From: an uncultured bacterium
GTDB taxonomy: Bacteria; Omnitrophota; Omnitrophia; Omnitrophales; Aquincolibacteriaceae
Reading direction: 5' to 3'
Length of the DNA: 64,000 nt
Assembly (NCBI GenBank): GCA_964434115.1
Contig: CAYSSX010000005.1
Coordinates: 159,063-223,062 of the forward strand
Below, piece by piece: positions 18,281 to 28,646 of the stretch. Positions within the stretch are counted from its first letter, which is position 1. Each line of letters begins with the position of its first letter. A model generated the notes under the pieces. The model worked only from the letters and a program-made list of their open reading frames with translations. It had not been told where the DNA came from and ran no database searches. The position numbers and the translations under genes were made by a program.

Positions 18281-21200
18281 TCACTCTTCCGAAAGGCGCT
18301 GGAAATACTGGGAAATCGCGCCGCGGTAGTTTTCGGGAAGCTGCTCTTCCTCGCCCGCTGTCGTGGGAATATCTTTCTTTTCCGGGGTCTCCGGGGTCAG
18401 CTTCACAAGTTCGAGTTCGGAAAGCAGGGAGTCATAGGCTTTTCCCGCGGCCTTATAATCCGTGAACTCGCCGCGGTTCAGAAGCGCCAGCAAACGGTTC
18501 GCGATTTCAGACAAATGCCGCATCTCAATAAAAAATTCGTCGCGCTTGCCGGTAAATTCAATGCGGCGGCGGATCTGCTTCATTTCGTTCACGAGCTGCT
18601 TCTGGCGCATCAGGTAATATTCCCACGGCGGATTCTGATCGTTCGGCTGGCGCACGGGCTTGAATTTTTTAAGCTCATGAAGCAAAAGTTTTTCCTGAAG
18701 CAGCCATTCCCGAACAGGGTTCATGTTTTCATTTTCATCCAGCATCTCGCGTTCTTTCTCGGATTCGCGGACATCACTCTTGAGCGGTTCCGCAAGGTCT
18801 TCGGAATCATCGGCGCGGCCTTCCTGAAGCGGCTGGACTTCGCCGACAATGGATTCATCGGCATTCGAATTGGAAATGTTTTTCTGACGCGCTTTCTCGG
18901 TCTGCTTTTGATTGGACGGCGTGACCGGCCCCTGCATTTGACCGTTGAGGACTTCGTTTGTTTTAGAGATCGCGGTGCTTGCGGCCGTGCTTTGCGGGCC
19001 TGTGCCGCTTAACGCGGCCGGCGGTGTGCCCGAGGACGCCTGGGTCTTGGCCTCTTTCTGGGCCGAGGCATTGGCCTGCCCTGACGCTGTGCCGGCGCTC
19101 TGACCGCTTGCGGAACCTGAACCGGTTCCTGAGCCTGACGCGGATTCTGCTTTCAAAGAACCGGCAGTGCCCGCCGCTTCTCCGGCTCCTGATCCTGAAG
19201 CAGAACCTTCCTGCCCTGAACCTCCGCCTTCCCCGTAGCTCAAACCTTCTCCTGTGCCGGAACCTTGACCCGATGCTGTTTTAAGGCTGCCTGAAGAACC
19301 CGCTGTCTTTCCCGCGCCCGCATCGCCCGCGCTGCCAGCACCGGAACCTGCTCCATCACTTTTTCCTGATCCTGCACCCGAACCACTGACTGCCAAATTC
19401 TGATTTCCTGATCCGGCTCCCGCGCCGTCACTTTTTTCAGCGCCTGCCCCGGCACCTTCGCCGCTGCCAGAAGCACTGCCGCTTGCGCCCGCGCCTTGGC
19501 CAGAAGCGGACTTCACAGCACCCGCAGAGCCTTGGTTTCCGGAACCCGCATTGGCCGCGCTTCCCGCGCCTGCGCCCGAGCCGTCATTTTTTTCGGCCGC
19601 TGAACCGCCTGCGGCCTTTGCCAGATTTTCATTTCCTGAACCTGCGCCTGCGCCGCTCGCGGAGCCGCCGGCACCCGCGCCAGCACCTTGACCGGAAGCT
19701 GATTTTGTAAGCCCTGATGCTGAGCCTGAAGAAGCGCCCGAGGCCGTGCCTGTGCCTGAAGACGCCGCGGGACCCGCCTGCATGTCGCCGCCATCCCCGG
19801 AAGCAGGGGCCGCTCCGCCGCCCTCGCCGTAACTAAGACCTTCATCAGCACCCGCGCCCGAGGCATTGCTTTTGTAACTTCCTCCGCCGCCTTCATAGCC
19901 TTCGGCCTCGCCGGAACCAGCACCGCTTTTGCCCTGACCTGCCGGGGCCGCTAAATTATTTTTTGAGCCGCCATTCAAACTTTCACCCGCGCTTTGTCCT
20001 GAAAGATCACCCGCGCCGTTTCCGCCCGCGTCTTGGCCGCTGTCTCCAGCTCCTGCGCCCGCGCTTTCAACAGCATCGCCCTGAGCCGTGCCTGAGGCAC
20101 CGGAACCCGAAGAGGTTTTGTTAAGTCCTGATGAGCCGGAAGCTCCGCCGCTGCCTGCGCCGGAACCTGACGCTGAAGGGCCTGAACCCTCTCCGCTCGC
20201 GAAACCTGTGCCTGAGCCCGCGCTTGCTTTCGCGGTGCCTGAAGACCCGGCATTTCCCGCGCCCGCATCCGCAGCTTTTCCTGCCTGCGCGCCCGCTGAG
20301 GCAAAACCTGCTCCTGATGGACCTTGAAGTGCTGAAGAAGTTTGAGCGCCCGCAGCGCTGGAAAAAGGCGTTTTCCCCTGAGTGCCGAGGCCTGCGCCTT
20401 GTCCGCCGCTCGCGCTGGCGGATTCACCGCTTGAAAATTTTGTGGAGCTTCCGCCGGAAGTTCCGCTGTCTGTTTTGCCTTCGCCGCCTACAAGCACCGG
20501 ACCGCTTCCCAAACCATCGCCCGCGCCGGAGCCTGAAGACCCGCCTTGTCCGCCCGCGGCTTCACGGCCTTCGGTTTTATTCAGGCCTGAACTGCCGCCT
20601 GAAGCCTGGCCGCCTGCCGTACCCGCGCTGCTTGAAAAACCTGCGGCTCCAGACTTGGCTTCTTTCGTGTCACCGCTTTCACCCGCGCCGGCTCCGTCTT
20701 TGGAAAGAGCCGCTCCCTGACCGCTTGAAAAAGAAGAGGCTTTGTCGCCTGAAGCTCCGTCACTGCCCGCGCCCGCACCTGAAAGCGCGGCACCCGAGCC
20801 TTCGCCCTGCCCCGCGGCGCCTGAAAAGCCTCCGCCCGAAGCACCGGAAGAAACCGCTTTGGAGTCACCCCCGCTTTTGCCGGAGGGGCCTGTACCCTGA
20901 TCACCGGATTTTGCGGAAGCTGAATTTCCTGATGCTTCCGCCGCCGCAGAGCCTGAACCGTTCTGCGCCCCGCCGCCGCTCACAAATTCACTGGCCGTAC
21001 CGCCAGCCGCCGCGTTTTCCGAAAGCGCGTATCCGCCGCCGGAAGAGGACTGACTTCCCGCGCCTTGATCCATGGCCGTACCGGAAGAACCTTCAAGACC
21101 GTCCGCCGCTCCGGATTTTCCGGAACCTTGCGATGCGCCTGAAACCAGCGCGCCTTTTTCCGAACGCGACGCGCTTGCGCCCCGTGCTGTTTCTGACAAA

Positions 21201-22552
21201 TTTCCCGAGCCCGCGCCCGGACCTTCGCCCGCCGCGCCCAAAGTTTCACCGCTTCCCGCTTGCGCTGAAGATGCGGCTAAATCCACGCGGCCGCCTTCCT
21301 GTAATTCACTGCCGCCGCCTCCGGAACCTTCCGAGCTTCCCGCGCCCGCGTTTCCTGAGGCCTGGCCCGAACCGCTGCTGCCGGAAGAATTGCCCGTACT
21401 GCCGCCTTCAAGAGCCGCCGATCCTTCGCCTTCATTTCCGGATTGCGCCAGCGTTCCTTTTTCATTTTTCAAAGTTCCGGATTTTTGTTCTCCGGACGCA
21501 AAAGCCTCCAAAGCTTTTTCCATCGCCGCCTTGGGCTCTTCCGGATTTTGCTGCCCGCCGTCACCGCCGCCTTCACCGGAGTTTCCGCCTTCGCCCGCCT
21601 CGGCACTCTGCTGTTCAAGGCCTTTTGCCGCATCACCTGAGGCCGCGCCCTCGCCCATCTCTTCACCCGCTTTGAGGGCCGCATCGCCGCCCGCGGACGC
21701 GCTGCCTGCCCCGCCGCCGTCAGAAGCCAGCCCCATGCCCGCTTCTTTAACATCGCCGCCGGACGCTTCAAGCCCTTTCTGGCTGTGGTCCCTTGCGGAA
21801 CCTGCCTTCGCGCCGCCGCTGGGGTCCTGGCCTTCCTTGGTTTCCGGATTAGTCTCGGTCTTAAATTCGCTTCCACCCTGGGCCGTCACTTCCGCGCCTT
21901 CGGGTTTGGAGCCATGGGTCTTTTCCATTTCCTGCGATTCTTTACGCGATTGAAATGATTTTTTGAGGTCGTGGTCCACGGCTTCCATGTAAGACAGCTC
22001 TTCCGCCTTACCGGTCTCCGCTTCGTTCACGGTGTGCGTCACAACAGAAGAAATTTCTCCAAGATTTTCCGCCTCATAAAAAGGTTTTTTGCCGAGCGTC
22101 ATTTTTTTCTCGCGCGGGTAGCGCACCTGACTGCCTTCTTTTTTCAAAAACGTGCCGATGGGCGGGCTTTTCTTTTCTTCATCGTCACGGAGGAAGTTAA
22201 TACCTTCCACGAAAACGCCGGCCATTTCGGAAAAAAAATCCGCCTGGTTCTGAAAAGCCGCATTCACATCGCCCTTGGACAATTCCTCGACCGAGGACTC
22301 CATGGTTTTCTGGGATTCCTTGATGCGCTCAAACGCCTTTTTATTTTTCTCTACCAGCGCCGGGTAATCCCTCTCCACATTTTTGATGGTGTCGGCCATC
22401 TGGCGGTTAAGTTCCTGCTGGCGCTTTTGAAGGCGCTCGACTTCACGGGGAATGGCTTCGGAATTTTGCACACTGGATTGGGCAAAGGCCCCGGGCGCGT
22501 TCAGGCCCACGGCGCAGGCCATTAAAAAAGAGAGGATGCGGCGCGTCTTCAT
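18281..22552 (-). CDS. Giant secreted protein (about 1423 aa). Signal peptide and coiled-coil N-domain, then about 900 aa of Gly/Ser/Ala/Glu-rich low-complexity region, then a structured C-terminal domain of about 250 aa.
   Basis: Continuous ORF. Signal peptide at the internal Met (MKTRRILSFLMACAVGL...AFA), whose ATG overlaps the upstream gene's stop. Plus-strand Pro/Arg-rich ORFs over the same DNA are compositional shadows. Possibly related to DUF4175-type proteins of MoxR operons; this could not be confirmed. Confidence 0.7.
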   Translation of the reverse strand: MKTRRILSFLMACAVGLNAPGAFAQSSVQNSEAIPREVERLQKRQQELNRQMADTIKNVERDYPALVEKNKKAFERIKESQKTMESSVEELSKGDVNAAFQNQADFFSEMAGVFVEGINFLRDDEEKKSPPIGTFLKKEGSQVRYPREKKMTLGKKPFYEAENLGEISSVVTHTVNEAETGKAEELSYMEAVDHDLKKSFQSRKESQEMEKTHGSKPEGAEVTAQGGSEFKTETNPETKEGQDPSGGAKAGSARDHSQKGLEASGGDVKEAGMGLASDGGGAGSASAGGDAALKAGEEMGEGAASGDAAKGLEQQSAEAGEGGNSGEGGGDGGQQNPEEPKAAMEKALEAFASGEQKSGTLKNEKGTLAQSGNEGEGSAALEGGSTGNSSGSSGSGQASGNAGAGSSEGSGGGGSELQEGGRVDLAASSAQAGSGETLGAAGEGPGAGSGNLSETARGASASRSEKGALVSGASQGSGKSGAADGLEGSSGTAMDQGAGSQSSSGGGYALSENAAAGGTASEFVSGGGAQNGSGSAAAEASGNSASAKSGDQGTGPSGKSGGDSKAVSSGASGGGFSGAAGQGEGSGAALSGAGAGSDGASGDKASSFSSGQGAALSKDGAGAGESGDTKEAKSGAAGFSSSAGTAGGQASGGSSGLNKTEGREAAGGQGGSSGSGAGDGLGSGPVLVGGEGKTDSGTSGGSSTKFSSGESASASGGQGAGLGTQGKTPFSSAAGAQTSSALQGPSGAGFASAGAQAGKAADAGAGNAGSSGTAKASAGSGTGFASGEGSGPSASGSGAGSGGASGSSGLNKTSSGSGASGTAQGDAVESAGAGAGDSGQDAGGNGAGDLSGQSAGESLNGGSKNNLAAPAGQGKSGAGSGEAEGYEGGGGSYKSNASGAGADEGLSYGEGGGAAPASGDGGDMQAGPAASSGTGTASGASSGSASGLTKSASGQGAGAGAGGSASGAGAGSGNENLAKAAGGSAAEKNDGSGAGAGSAANAGSGNQGSAGAVKSASGQGAGASGSASGSGEGAGAGAEKSDGAGAGSGNQNLAVSGSGAGSGKSDGAGSGAGSAGDAGAGKTAGSSGSLKTASGQGSGTGEGLSYGEGGGSGQEGSASGSGAGEAAGTAGSLKAESASGSGTGSGSASGQSAGTASGQANASAQKEAKTQASSGTPPAALSGTGPQSTAASTAISKTNEVLNGQMQGPVTPSNQKQTEKARQKNISNSNADESIVGEVQPLQEGRADDSEDLAEPLKSDVRESEKEREMLDENENMNPVREWLLQEKLLLHELKKFKPVRQPNDQNPPWEYYLMRQKQLVNEMKQIRRRIEFTGKRDEFFIEMRHLSEIANRLLALLNRGEFTDYKAAGKAYDSLLSELELVKLTPETPEKKDIPTTAGEEEQLPENYRGAISQYFQRLSEE

Positions 22553-24276
22553 GAGCCCGCCTTCTGCGAAGATGCCGCACGTGATTCCGCGGGGCCGTTG
22601 TCTTCCCAGCCCTTCGGCGATTCGCCGGGCAAACGTGAAATGTAATCCCACGCTTCGTTCATGATTTTTTCCTGTTCCACGAGCACGCCTTCAAAAAGCA
22701 TACGCAGCGACGGGCTTTCCGGAAGTTTGGATTTGAGTTTGAAATATTCGACGTAATCGCGGATCAAAAAAGTAAAGAGCGGCGACTGCACGATATGCGC
22801 GGGCTCGCCGGGAGAATTATCACGGACTTCGATATAGGCAAACACTAGATCCCGGCTGCGGAGTTTGAAACGTTCCATGTTGAGCACGGGTTTTAAAGTG
22901 ACCTTGTCCTGCTTGGTGCCTTCGGGAAGCCATTCAATGCGCTCTTCCTTGCCCTGGTAGCGGATCACAAGGGTCACGGACTTGATACCGTAGTCGTCAT
23001 TCACATTGATTTCAAAAGGGATTTCCTCGGTCGGAAACACGTAGTTGTGAAACTGCGGATCCAGCACTTCCAAATAAGGCAGAAGATCGGGCAGGGTTTG
23101 AATCCAGACCGCTGGCGCTCCCATCATGGGCTCGCCTTCACGCGTGCGGACGTCCATGCGCACAAGCTCATCTTTCATGACTGTGAAATCCGTGATCAGC
23201 TGGCGGTCGGACTGCGGGGTCATGCGGTATTCGCCGCCGCTGTCGCTCGTCAGCTTGCCGCTGGACACGGAACGGTTCATCGTCAGCTCAAGGCGGATGC
23301 GTGTCCCGACAGGAACCGTGATCTTCGGGCCCCAGCCCTGGCGGCTTTCATCCGGAAGGTTCGTGTGTTCTGGGTAATGAATTCTCCACAGGGCTTTTTC
23401 CACGGCCAAGGCCTGGGAAAGCTGAATTTGATAGCGGAGCGATTCCTGGTCTTCGGCCTTAATAAAGTAGACGCTCTGTTCAGTAATGTACGTAAGCCGG
23501 TATTGAAAAAGATGGTCGCCCGCGGACTCCATGACAAAAATTCTCCATGCCGGGTCGTTCTTCTGCTTCACATAAAGCGTGACCTCACGGGGTTTCTCGC
23601 CCGTGATCTTGGCCTGAATAAGAAGGTTGCTGCCTTTCGCGATCTCACAATTGCCGGGAATGATTTCAAAACGAAACCGGTGCGCCGCGTTTTCAAAGGC
23701 CTCAAAGCCGGGCCAGCTCGCGGGAGCCGAGGGCATCTGGGTTCCCAGAGAACGGAAGAATTCAGGCTGAAGCGTGGCGTGTACGGCGCCGGAAACAAAA
23801 ATAACGGCCAAAAGAGCGGCCGGAATCAAAAGCTTTTTGGGAGAGGTCGCGCGGCCGAAACCAAAACGGTCCATCAGCGCGGTCATTTCATCTTCAAGGC
23901 TTCTCGCCAAAGCAAGGCTGAACGGGTTCTGATGGAGCTTGCCCGGCGCGCGTGAAAATTCCACGGCCGTTAAAAGTCTTTCCCGGAGCTGGGGGTAAGA
24001 ATGTTCAATGGTCATGGTAAGGCGCTGGGTATCGCGGTGATGAAGAAAGAAAACAAAGGCCGCGGAAAACACGGGGACGCTCAGCATAACGCCCAGAATA
24101 AGCCCAAAGGACACACGGAACGGAACAAAACCCGGGGCCACATAAAGCGCCGCGCAGTAGAGGTAGAAAAGAATGGCCGCGGCCGCCAGTGAAAAGAGAA
24201 ATCCCTTCGCGGCATTGACGGCGACAATGCCCTGCGTCCTGCGTTTCAGGTTCTCTTCGAACGTTCTTGTTTTCAT
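22549..24276 (-). CDS. Membrane protein of unknown function in the MoxR/VWA (Bat-like) operon
   Basis: 575 aa. Several N-terminal TM helices and a large extracytoplasmic domain. Operon context. Confidence 0.6.
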   Translation of the reverse strand: MKTRTFEENLKRRTQGIVAVNAAKGFLFSLAAAAILFYLYCAALYVAPGFVPFRVSFGLILGVMLSVPVFSAAFVFFLHHRDTQRLTMTIEHSYPQLRERLLTAVEFSRAPGKLHQNPFSLALARSLEDEMTALMDRFGFGRATSPKKLLIPAALLAVIFVSGAVHATLQPEFFRSLGTQMPSAPASWPGFEAFENAAHRFRFEIIPGNCEIAKGSNLLIQAKITGEKPREVTLYVKQKNDPAWRIFVMESAGDHLFQYRLTYITEQSVYFIKAEDQESLRYQIQLSQALAVEKALWRIHYPEHTNLPDESRQGWGPKITVPVGTRIRLELTMNRSVSSGKLTSDSGGEYRMTPQSDRQLITDFTVMKDELVRMDVRTREGEPMMGAPAVWIQTLPDLLPYLEVLDPQFHNYVFPTEEIPFEINVNDDYGIKSVTLVIRYQGKEERIEWLPEGTKQDKVTLKPVLNMERFKLRSRDLVFAYIEVRDNSPGEPAHIVQSPLFTFLIRDYVEYFKLKSKLPESPSLRMLFEGVLVEQEKIMNEAWDYISRLPGESPKGWEDNGPAESRAASSQKAGS

Positions 24277-24292
24277 TTTGTTAAGAGCCTAT

Positions 24293-24439
24293 CCCAATAT
24301 TAAATTCAGGAGCGAAATTTTGGATTGCGCAGCCGAGCCGAAGCGATCCGAGGTGCGCATACTCAATCAGAGTATGGAAGCCGAGGATCGCAAAGGCGCA
24401 GGCCGAAAGCCGAAACTGCAGCCCGAAGTTAATATTGGG
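24293..24439. repeat. MITE/REP-like structured element: 11-bp terminal inverted repeats (CCCAATATTAA / TTAATATTGGG) flanking a central hairpin (CATACTC-AATCA-GAGTATG)
   Basis: Inverted repeats seen directly. The element exactly fills the 170-bp intergenic gap between two operon genes. Confidence 0.35.
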
Positions 24440-24446
24440 GTTGGCT

Positions 24447-26570
24447 CTACACCCACTCGGGCTTGTAAAAACGGTTGGCAAGCCATGCCTCCGCAAGAAG
24501 TAAAACAAGCATCGCGTAAAACAGCGCGCGGTAAAAAAACCGCCTCTGCGCCGATGCCGGCCCCATGGCCGGATTCAAAGTTTTCTGCTGGCCGCTGTCT
24601 TCCGCGCTGCCTTGCAGCGCCGCGTACACGGGCGCTGATTCCGCGAGACTGATGTTCACGGCCGACATGCGCCGCTCCATCGCGTCTCCCCTGACACCCA
24701 CCCATTCATAAATGCCCGCGCTTTCCACCGGGTATGCCGGCGGAGAAACCCCATCATGCCCGAAAAGCGTCATCTGCTCGCCCTGCGGGGTGCGGACCAT
24801 CACTTGATCAAAAGGTTCACGGCCGGACGCGGAGTCAAACGTCAAGCTGTCTCCCGGCTCAAGACCCGTGCCGGTTTTCCATGCGCCAAAGGCCGCGTAT
24901 TTTAAAAGTTCAAACACAAACGGCACGTAAAGCGGATCTTTCGGAAACGGCGTCCATTCCTGATTCAGCGAAGTCGTCCAGATAAAGAGTTTGCCCGCGC
25001 CCACTTTCTTTTCAATCAGGGCCGGCCACTTGGACTCAAACCACAACAGGACATCCAGGTCTTTCCCGCCCTCCGCGGGCGTAAACGGCATCAGGAGGCG
25101 GAAAGGAACCCGCGTCAAATCACCCTGCCGGCCGCCGTCAAAGACATCGAGAAGCGGATGCCTGTAATCGATCCCTTTCAGAAAAAAGCTGGCGTCTTCA
25201 CCGGCCACATTTTCAGGCGCGCCCAGAGTTCCGCCCAGAAACTTGGCCAAAGCGTCATCGCTTTTTTTCCCTGAAAAACTTTTTCCCGCGGAGAAAATAA
25301 CCGCGCCGCCGTCTTTCATGTACGTGCGGAGCTGGGAAAGATCCCGCACCGCGAGGCCGGGAATATCCGCAATCAAAATCACGTTGTAATCACCGAGGCG
25401 GACATCTTTCAGGCCGCTGACAGGAAGACGCGCCATATCGACCCAGGACTCATGCGTCGATGTTCCCGCAAAACTTTCAAGGGCCTGACTGACATAATAA
25501 TAAGGATTCTGGAACGGGTAATCGTAAACGCCGTCTTCCACGACCAGCAGTTTCAAAGGCTGGCTGATGGTCACGACCGCGCTCCGCGAGTTATCCCCTT
25601 CAAGGTTGTCCGCGGAACTTTCCACGCGCACGGGAGAATGCCCCGCGGCTGGAAACGCCTGTTCAAAAGTCACGATCCCTTTGCCCGTCGGATCGATCTT
25701 GACGGTCTTGCTCGAACTTTTCGCGCCCTCGACCCAGAGGTCCAATTTTACTTCCGTGCCTGGCTTCAGCCCCTGGCTTTGATAAAGAACCGGAATTCTT
25801 TCCTTCACCTGTTTTAAAAAGGGTCTTGGCGGAAGCGCGATGTCGCGGATCCAGAAATTTTGAAACTCTTTGGGCCTGACGCTCACCCAATGCACCGTGC
25901 GCAGGCTGTCGGAGTTCTCACGGAATTTTTCCAAGAGAACCGCATCGCTCGCTTCACGGATTGAAAAATCCGAAAACACCCAAATCTCTTCCGGAAGATC
26001 GGGGCGGCGGCCGAACTGCTTGTCGAGAAACTGCGCCAGCACTCCGAAATCACTGCCCGCTTCCGAGACCCGGAGATCACGGATCTTCTGCAAGGCCCGC
26101 GAAGAGTCCCTTTCTTCCTGGGCCAATGCCTGCACCTTCCGGCTAAACCCGTAAATCGAAAAAGACGCGCCCTCACCGCCGTTTGAGCGGATCACTTCTT
26201 CAGCCTGCGCGCGCGCGTTATCAAAAAGACTTTTCTCGTCTTTTTCGCGGTAGCTCATACCAAGCGACGTGTCCAGAAACACGGCTACCCGTTTCGCGGG
26301 CCCGGCCGCAAACAGCGACAAACGGCAGGTCCGGCTTGTAAACGGTAAGGCAAAAGCCATGGCCAGAAGGCCCAAAAACAGCACGCGGACCGCGAGCAAA
26401 AGCAAACGCTTCCATTCCATGACCCGCGACGCGTGCTCCGTGATGGAACGCAAAAATTCCACGGAACTGAACTCGGTGGTACGGGTCGCGCTGGCCTTCG
26501 TAAAAAGCAGAAGGAACGGAATCAAAAGAGCGGTCAAGCCAAACAAAAAGAGAGGCGCCGCAAATCCCAC
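24447..26570 (-). CDS. BatA-like aerotolerance-type membrane protein with VWA domain
   Basis: BatA_N-like N-terminus with two TM segments. VWA MIDAS motif DTSLGMS. 707 aa. Confidence 0.75.
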   Translation of the reverse strand: MGFAAPLFLFGLTALLIPFLLLFTKASATRTTEFSSVEFLRSITEHASRVMEWKRLLLLAVRVLFLGLLAMAFALPFTSRTCRLSLFAAGPAKRVAVFLDTSLGMSYREKDEKSLFDNARAQAEEVIRSNGGEGASFSIYGFSRKVQALAQEERDSSRALQKIRDLRVSEAGSDFGVLAQFLDKQFGRRPDLPEEIWVFSDFSIREASDAVLLEKFRENSDSLRTVHWVSVRPKEFQNFWIRDIALPPRPFLKQVKERIPVLYQSQGLKPGTEVKLDLWVEGAKSSSKTVKIDPTGKGIVTFEQAFPAAGHSPVRVESSADNLEGDNSRSAVVTISQPLKLLVVEDGVYDYPFQNPYYYVSQALESFAGTSTHESWVDMARLPVSGLKDVRLGDYNVILIADIPGLAVRDLSQLRTYMKDGGAVIFSAGKSFSGKKSDDALAKFLGGTLGAPENVAGEDASFFLKGIDYRHPLLDVFDGGRQGDLTRVPFRLLMPFTPAEGGKDLDVLLWFESKWPALIEKKVGAGKLFIWTTSLNQEWTPFPKDPLYVPFVFELLKYAAFGAWKTGTGLEPGDSLTFDSASGREPFDQVMVRTPQGEQMTLFGHDGVSPPAYPVESAGIYEWVGVRGDAMERRMSAVNISLAESAPVYAALQGSAEDSGQQKTLNPAMGPASAQRRFFYRALFYAMLVLLLAEAWLANRFYKPEWV

Positions 26571-26578
26571 GGGCGGCC

Positions 26579-27526
26579 TCAGTTCATCTTCGCGCGCAAT
26601 TCAAGAAATGTTGAAAGCGCGCGGTCATAGGGAGTCGTTGTTTCAAGCATCTGGTAAGAAACTTTCATCTTCCCGCAGGTGTGCTTGACCTTTTCAAGGT
26701 ACTGTTTCATCTGGAGCTGGTATTCATGCTGGAGGTGCTCAGGGTGCAGAAGCACCCGTTCACGTGTTTCCAAGTCCTGAAAAAACCCGAATTTCCGGAA
26801 GGGAAAAGTCAGCTCTTCCGGCGCCAGGATATGAAACACCATCAGCTCATTGCCTTTGTGCAAAAACATCTTCAGTGTTTTCTCGATCTTCTCGAGCTTG
26901 GTCAAAAGGTCGGAAAAAAGAAGGATCATGCCGCGCTTCTTGATGCGGCTTGCCGCGAATTTCGCGGAATCTTCAAAGTTCGAGGCCTCGCCTTCCTGAA
27001 TGCACTGCAATTCACGGAGGATCAGATTCAATTGGTTGCGGGTCGACGCCGGATGGATCACTTTCCTCAATTTGTCATCAAACTGAATCATGCCCACAAG
27101 GTCGCGCTGGTCGAACAGAAGGTAAGACAGCGCCGCGGCCAGGTAAGAGGCGTAGCGCAGTTTGGTCACCTGCGTCTTCGCGCCTGCGTAACCCATGGAT
27201 TTACTGACATCCATGACAATCCAGGCCTGCAGGTTGGTTTCTTCCTGATACTGCCGCACAAAGTAGCGGTCAGTTTTGCCAAAGAGCTTCCAGTCCACCA
27301 GCTTCAGCGGATCGCCGGGGTAATAGTCCCGGTGTTTGTTGTATTCCAGGGAAAAGGCGTTGCGCGGCCCGCGGTGATGGCCGAGAAAAAAGCCGTCCAC
27401 GATCAGGCGCGCCAGCATCCGGTAGTCGGACAAAAGGGCGACGGTTTTCGGATCAAGAAATTTTCGTCCCTGTTCGGTTTGTGACATAAAAAGATGCGCA
27501 GAAATTTCGGACGCGGGGAAAATCAA
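26579..27526 (-). CDS. DUF58-family protein (VWA-like partner of MoxR ATPases)
   Basis: Size and conserved motifs of DUF58 proteins. Immediately downstream of the MoxR ATPase, as is typical. Confidence 0.7.
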   Translation of the reverse strand: MIFPASEISAHLFMSQTEQGRKFLDPKTVALLSDYRMLARLIVDGFFLGHHRGPRNAFSLEYNKHRDYYPGDPLKLVDWKLFGKTDRYFVRQYQEETNLQAWIVMDVSKSMGYAGAKTQVTKLRYASYLAAALSYLLFDQRDLVGMIQFDDKLRKVIHPASTRNQLNLILRELQCIQEGEASNFEDSAKFAASRIKKRGMILLFSDLLTKLEKIEKTLKMFLHKGNELMVFHILAPEELTFPFRKFGFFQDLETRERVLLHPEHLQHEYQLQMKQYLEKVKHTCGKMKVSYQMLETTTPYDRALSTFLELRAKMN

Positions 27527-27572
27527 TGCCGCCGGACTGCGAAGCCTGCTCCTTACCTAAAAGTTCCGGTCA

Positions 27573-28646
27573 CTACCGGTGTCTGGATTGTTCAGGAACG
27601 GCCGAAAGAACCTTGGCCACAAGGTCATGCGATTTCATGCCTTCCGCTTCCGCGGAAAAATTCATTTTGATTCTGTGGCGGAGCACGGGAACAGCCACAG
27701 CCTTGAGGTCTTCGGTGGCCACGCACAAACGGCCCCTCAGAAGCGCGCGGGCTTTTGCCGCAAGCACGAGGTTCAGCGTGGCGCGCGGACCGGCGCCCCA
27801 TTCCACCCACTGATTCACAAAAGGGTATTTATTGTCTTTGCCCGGCCGCGTCGCGAAAACAAGATCCACCGCGTAGCGCACCAGAGCATCGGAGATGAGC
27901 ATGCCGCGCACCATGGTCTGGAGTCCGAGCAATTCCTCTGAAGAGATCACTTTGTCGACATCATTTTTCTCATTCTGCGTGAAACGCTGGGCAATCAGCA
28001 CCTCTTCCTCGTAAGCCGGGTACTGAATTAAGATGTTGAACATGAACCGGTCCAGCTGGGCTTCGGGAAGCGGGTAAACGCCTTCCTGGTCAATCGGGTT
28101 CTGCGTGGCCAGCACAAAGAAAGGCTGTTCCAGTTTGTAGGTCGTTCGCCCCACGGAAACTTCACGGTCCTGCATGGCCTGAAGAAGGGCGGATTGGGTC
28201 TTGGGCGAAGTGCGGTTGATTTCATCCGCAAGCAGGAAATTGCAAAACACCGGGCCCTGCAAAAATTTTAAAATACGCCGGTCGGTTTCGGGGTCGGTCT
28301 GAATGATCTCCGTCCCGATGATGTCCGAAGGCATCAAGTCAGGCGTAAACTGAATATGCTGAAAATTCAGCTCCATGATTTTCGACAAGGTCTTGAACAT
28401 CAGGGTCTTGCCGAGACCCGGAACGCCTTCAAGAAGCACATGGCCGCGGCAAAGAATGGAAATCATGATCAGCTCCAGGACATCGTGCTGGCCGACAATG
28501 ACCTTGTTCATCTCCTCTTTCAGGACGTGATAAAACTCTTTCACGCGCTGCAGGGTTTCTTCCCCCGTGGAGTCAGCCGCGATCTGCTGCGGCAAAATAC
28601 GCAGGCGGGGAGCCTTTGCGCCCGGGCCTTCGAGTTTAGGATCCAT
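27573..28646 (-). CDS. MoxR-family AAA+ ATPase
   Basis: Walker A GVPGLGKT, Walker B and sensor motifs, MoxR-type C-terminus. Start moved to the internal Met (MDPKLEG). Confidence 0.9.
   Translation of the reverse strand: MDPKLEGPGAKAPRLRILPQQIAADSTGEETLQRVKEFYHVLKEEMNKVIVGQHDVLELIMISILCRGHVLLEGVPGLGKTLMFKTLSKIMELNFQHIQFTPDLMPSDIIGTEIIQTDPETDRRILKFLQGPVFCNFLLADEINRTSPKTQSALLQAMQDREVSVGRTTYKLEQPFFVLATQNPIDQEGVYPLPEAQLDRFMFNILIQYPAYEEEVLIAQRFTQNEKNDVDKVISSEELLGLQTMVRGMLISDALVRYAVDLVFATRPGKDNKYPFVNQWVEWGAGPRATLNLVLAAKARALLRGRLCVATEDLKAVAVPVLRHRIKMNFSAEAEGMKSHDLVAKVLSAVPEQSRHR

Noticed and set aside
20131-21675. 514-aa Pro/Arg-rich plus-strand ORF (and 21072-21953 +, 19513-19923 -, 19975-20427 -, 21469-21876 -)
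   Set aside because: These are compositional shadow ORFs over the GC-rich repetitive DNA that encodes the Gly/Ser/Ala-rich giant protein on the minus strand. That minus-strand frame is the only one spanning signal peptide to C-domain.
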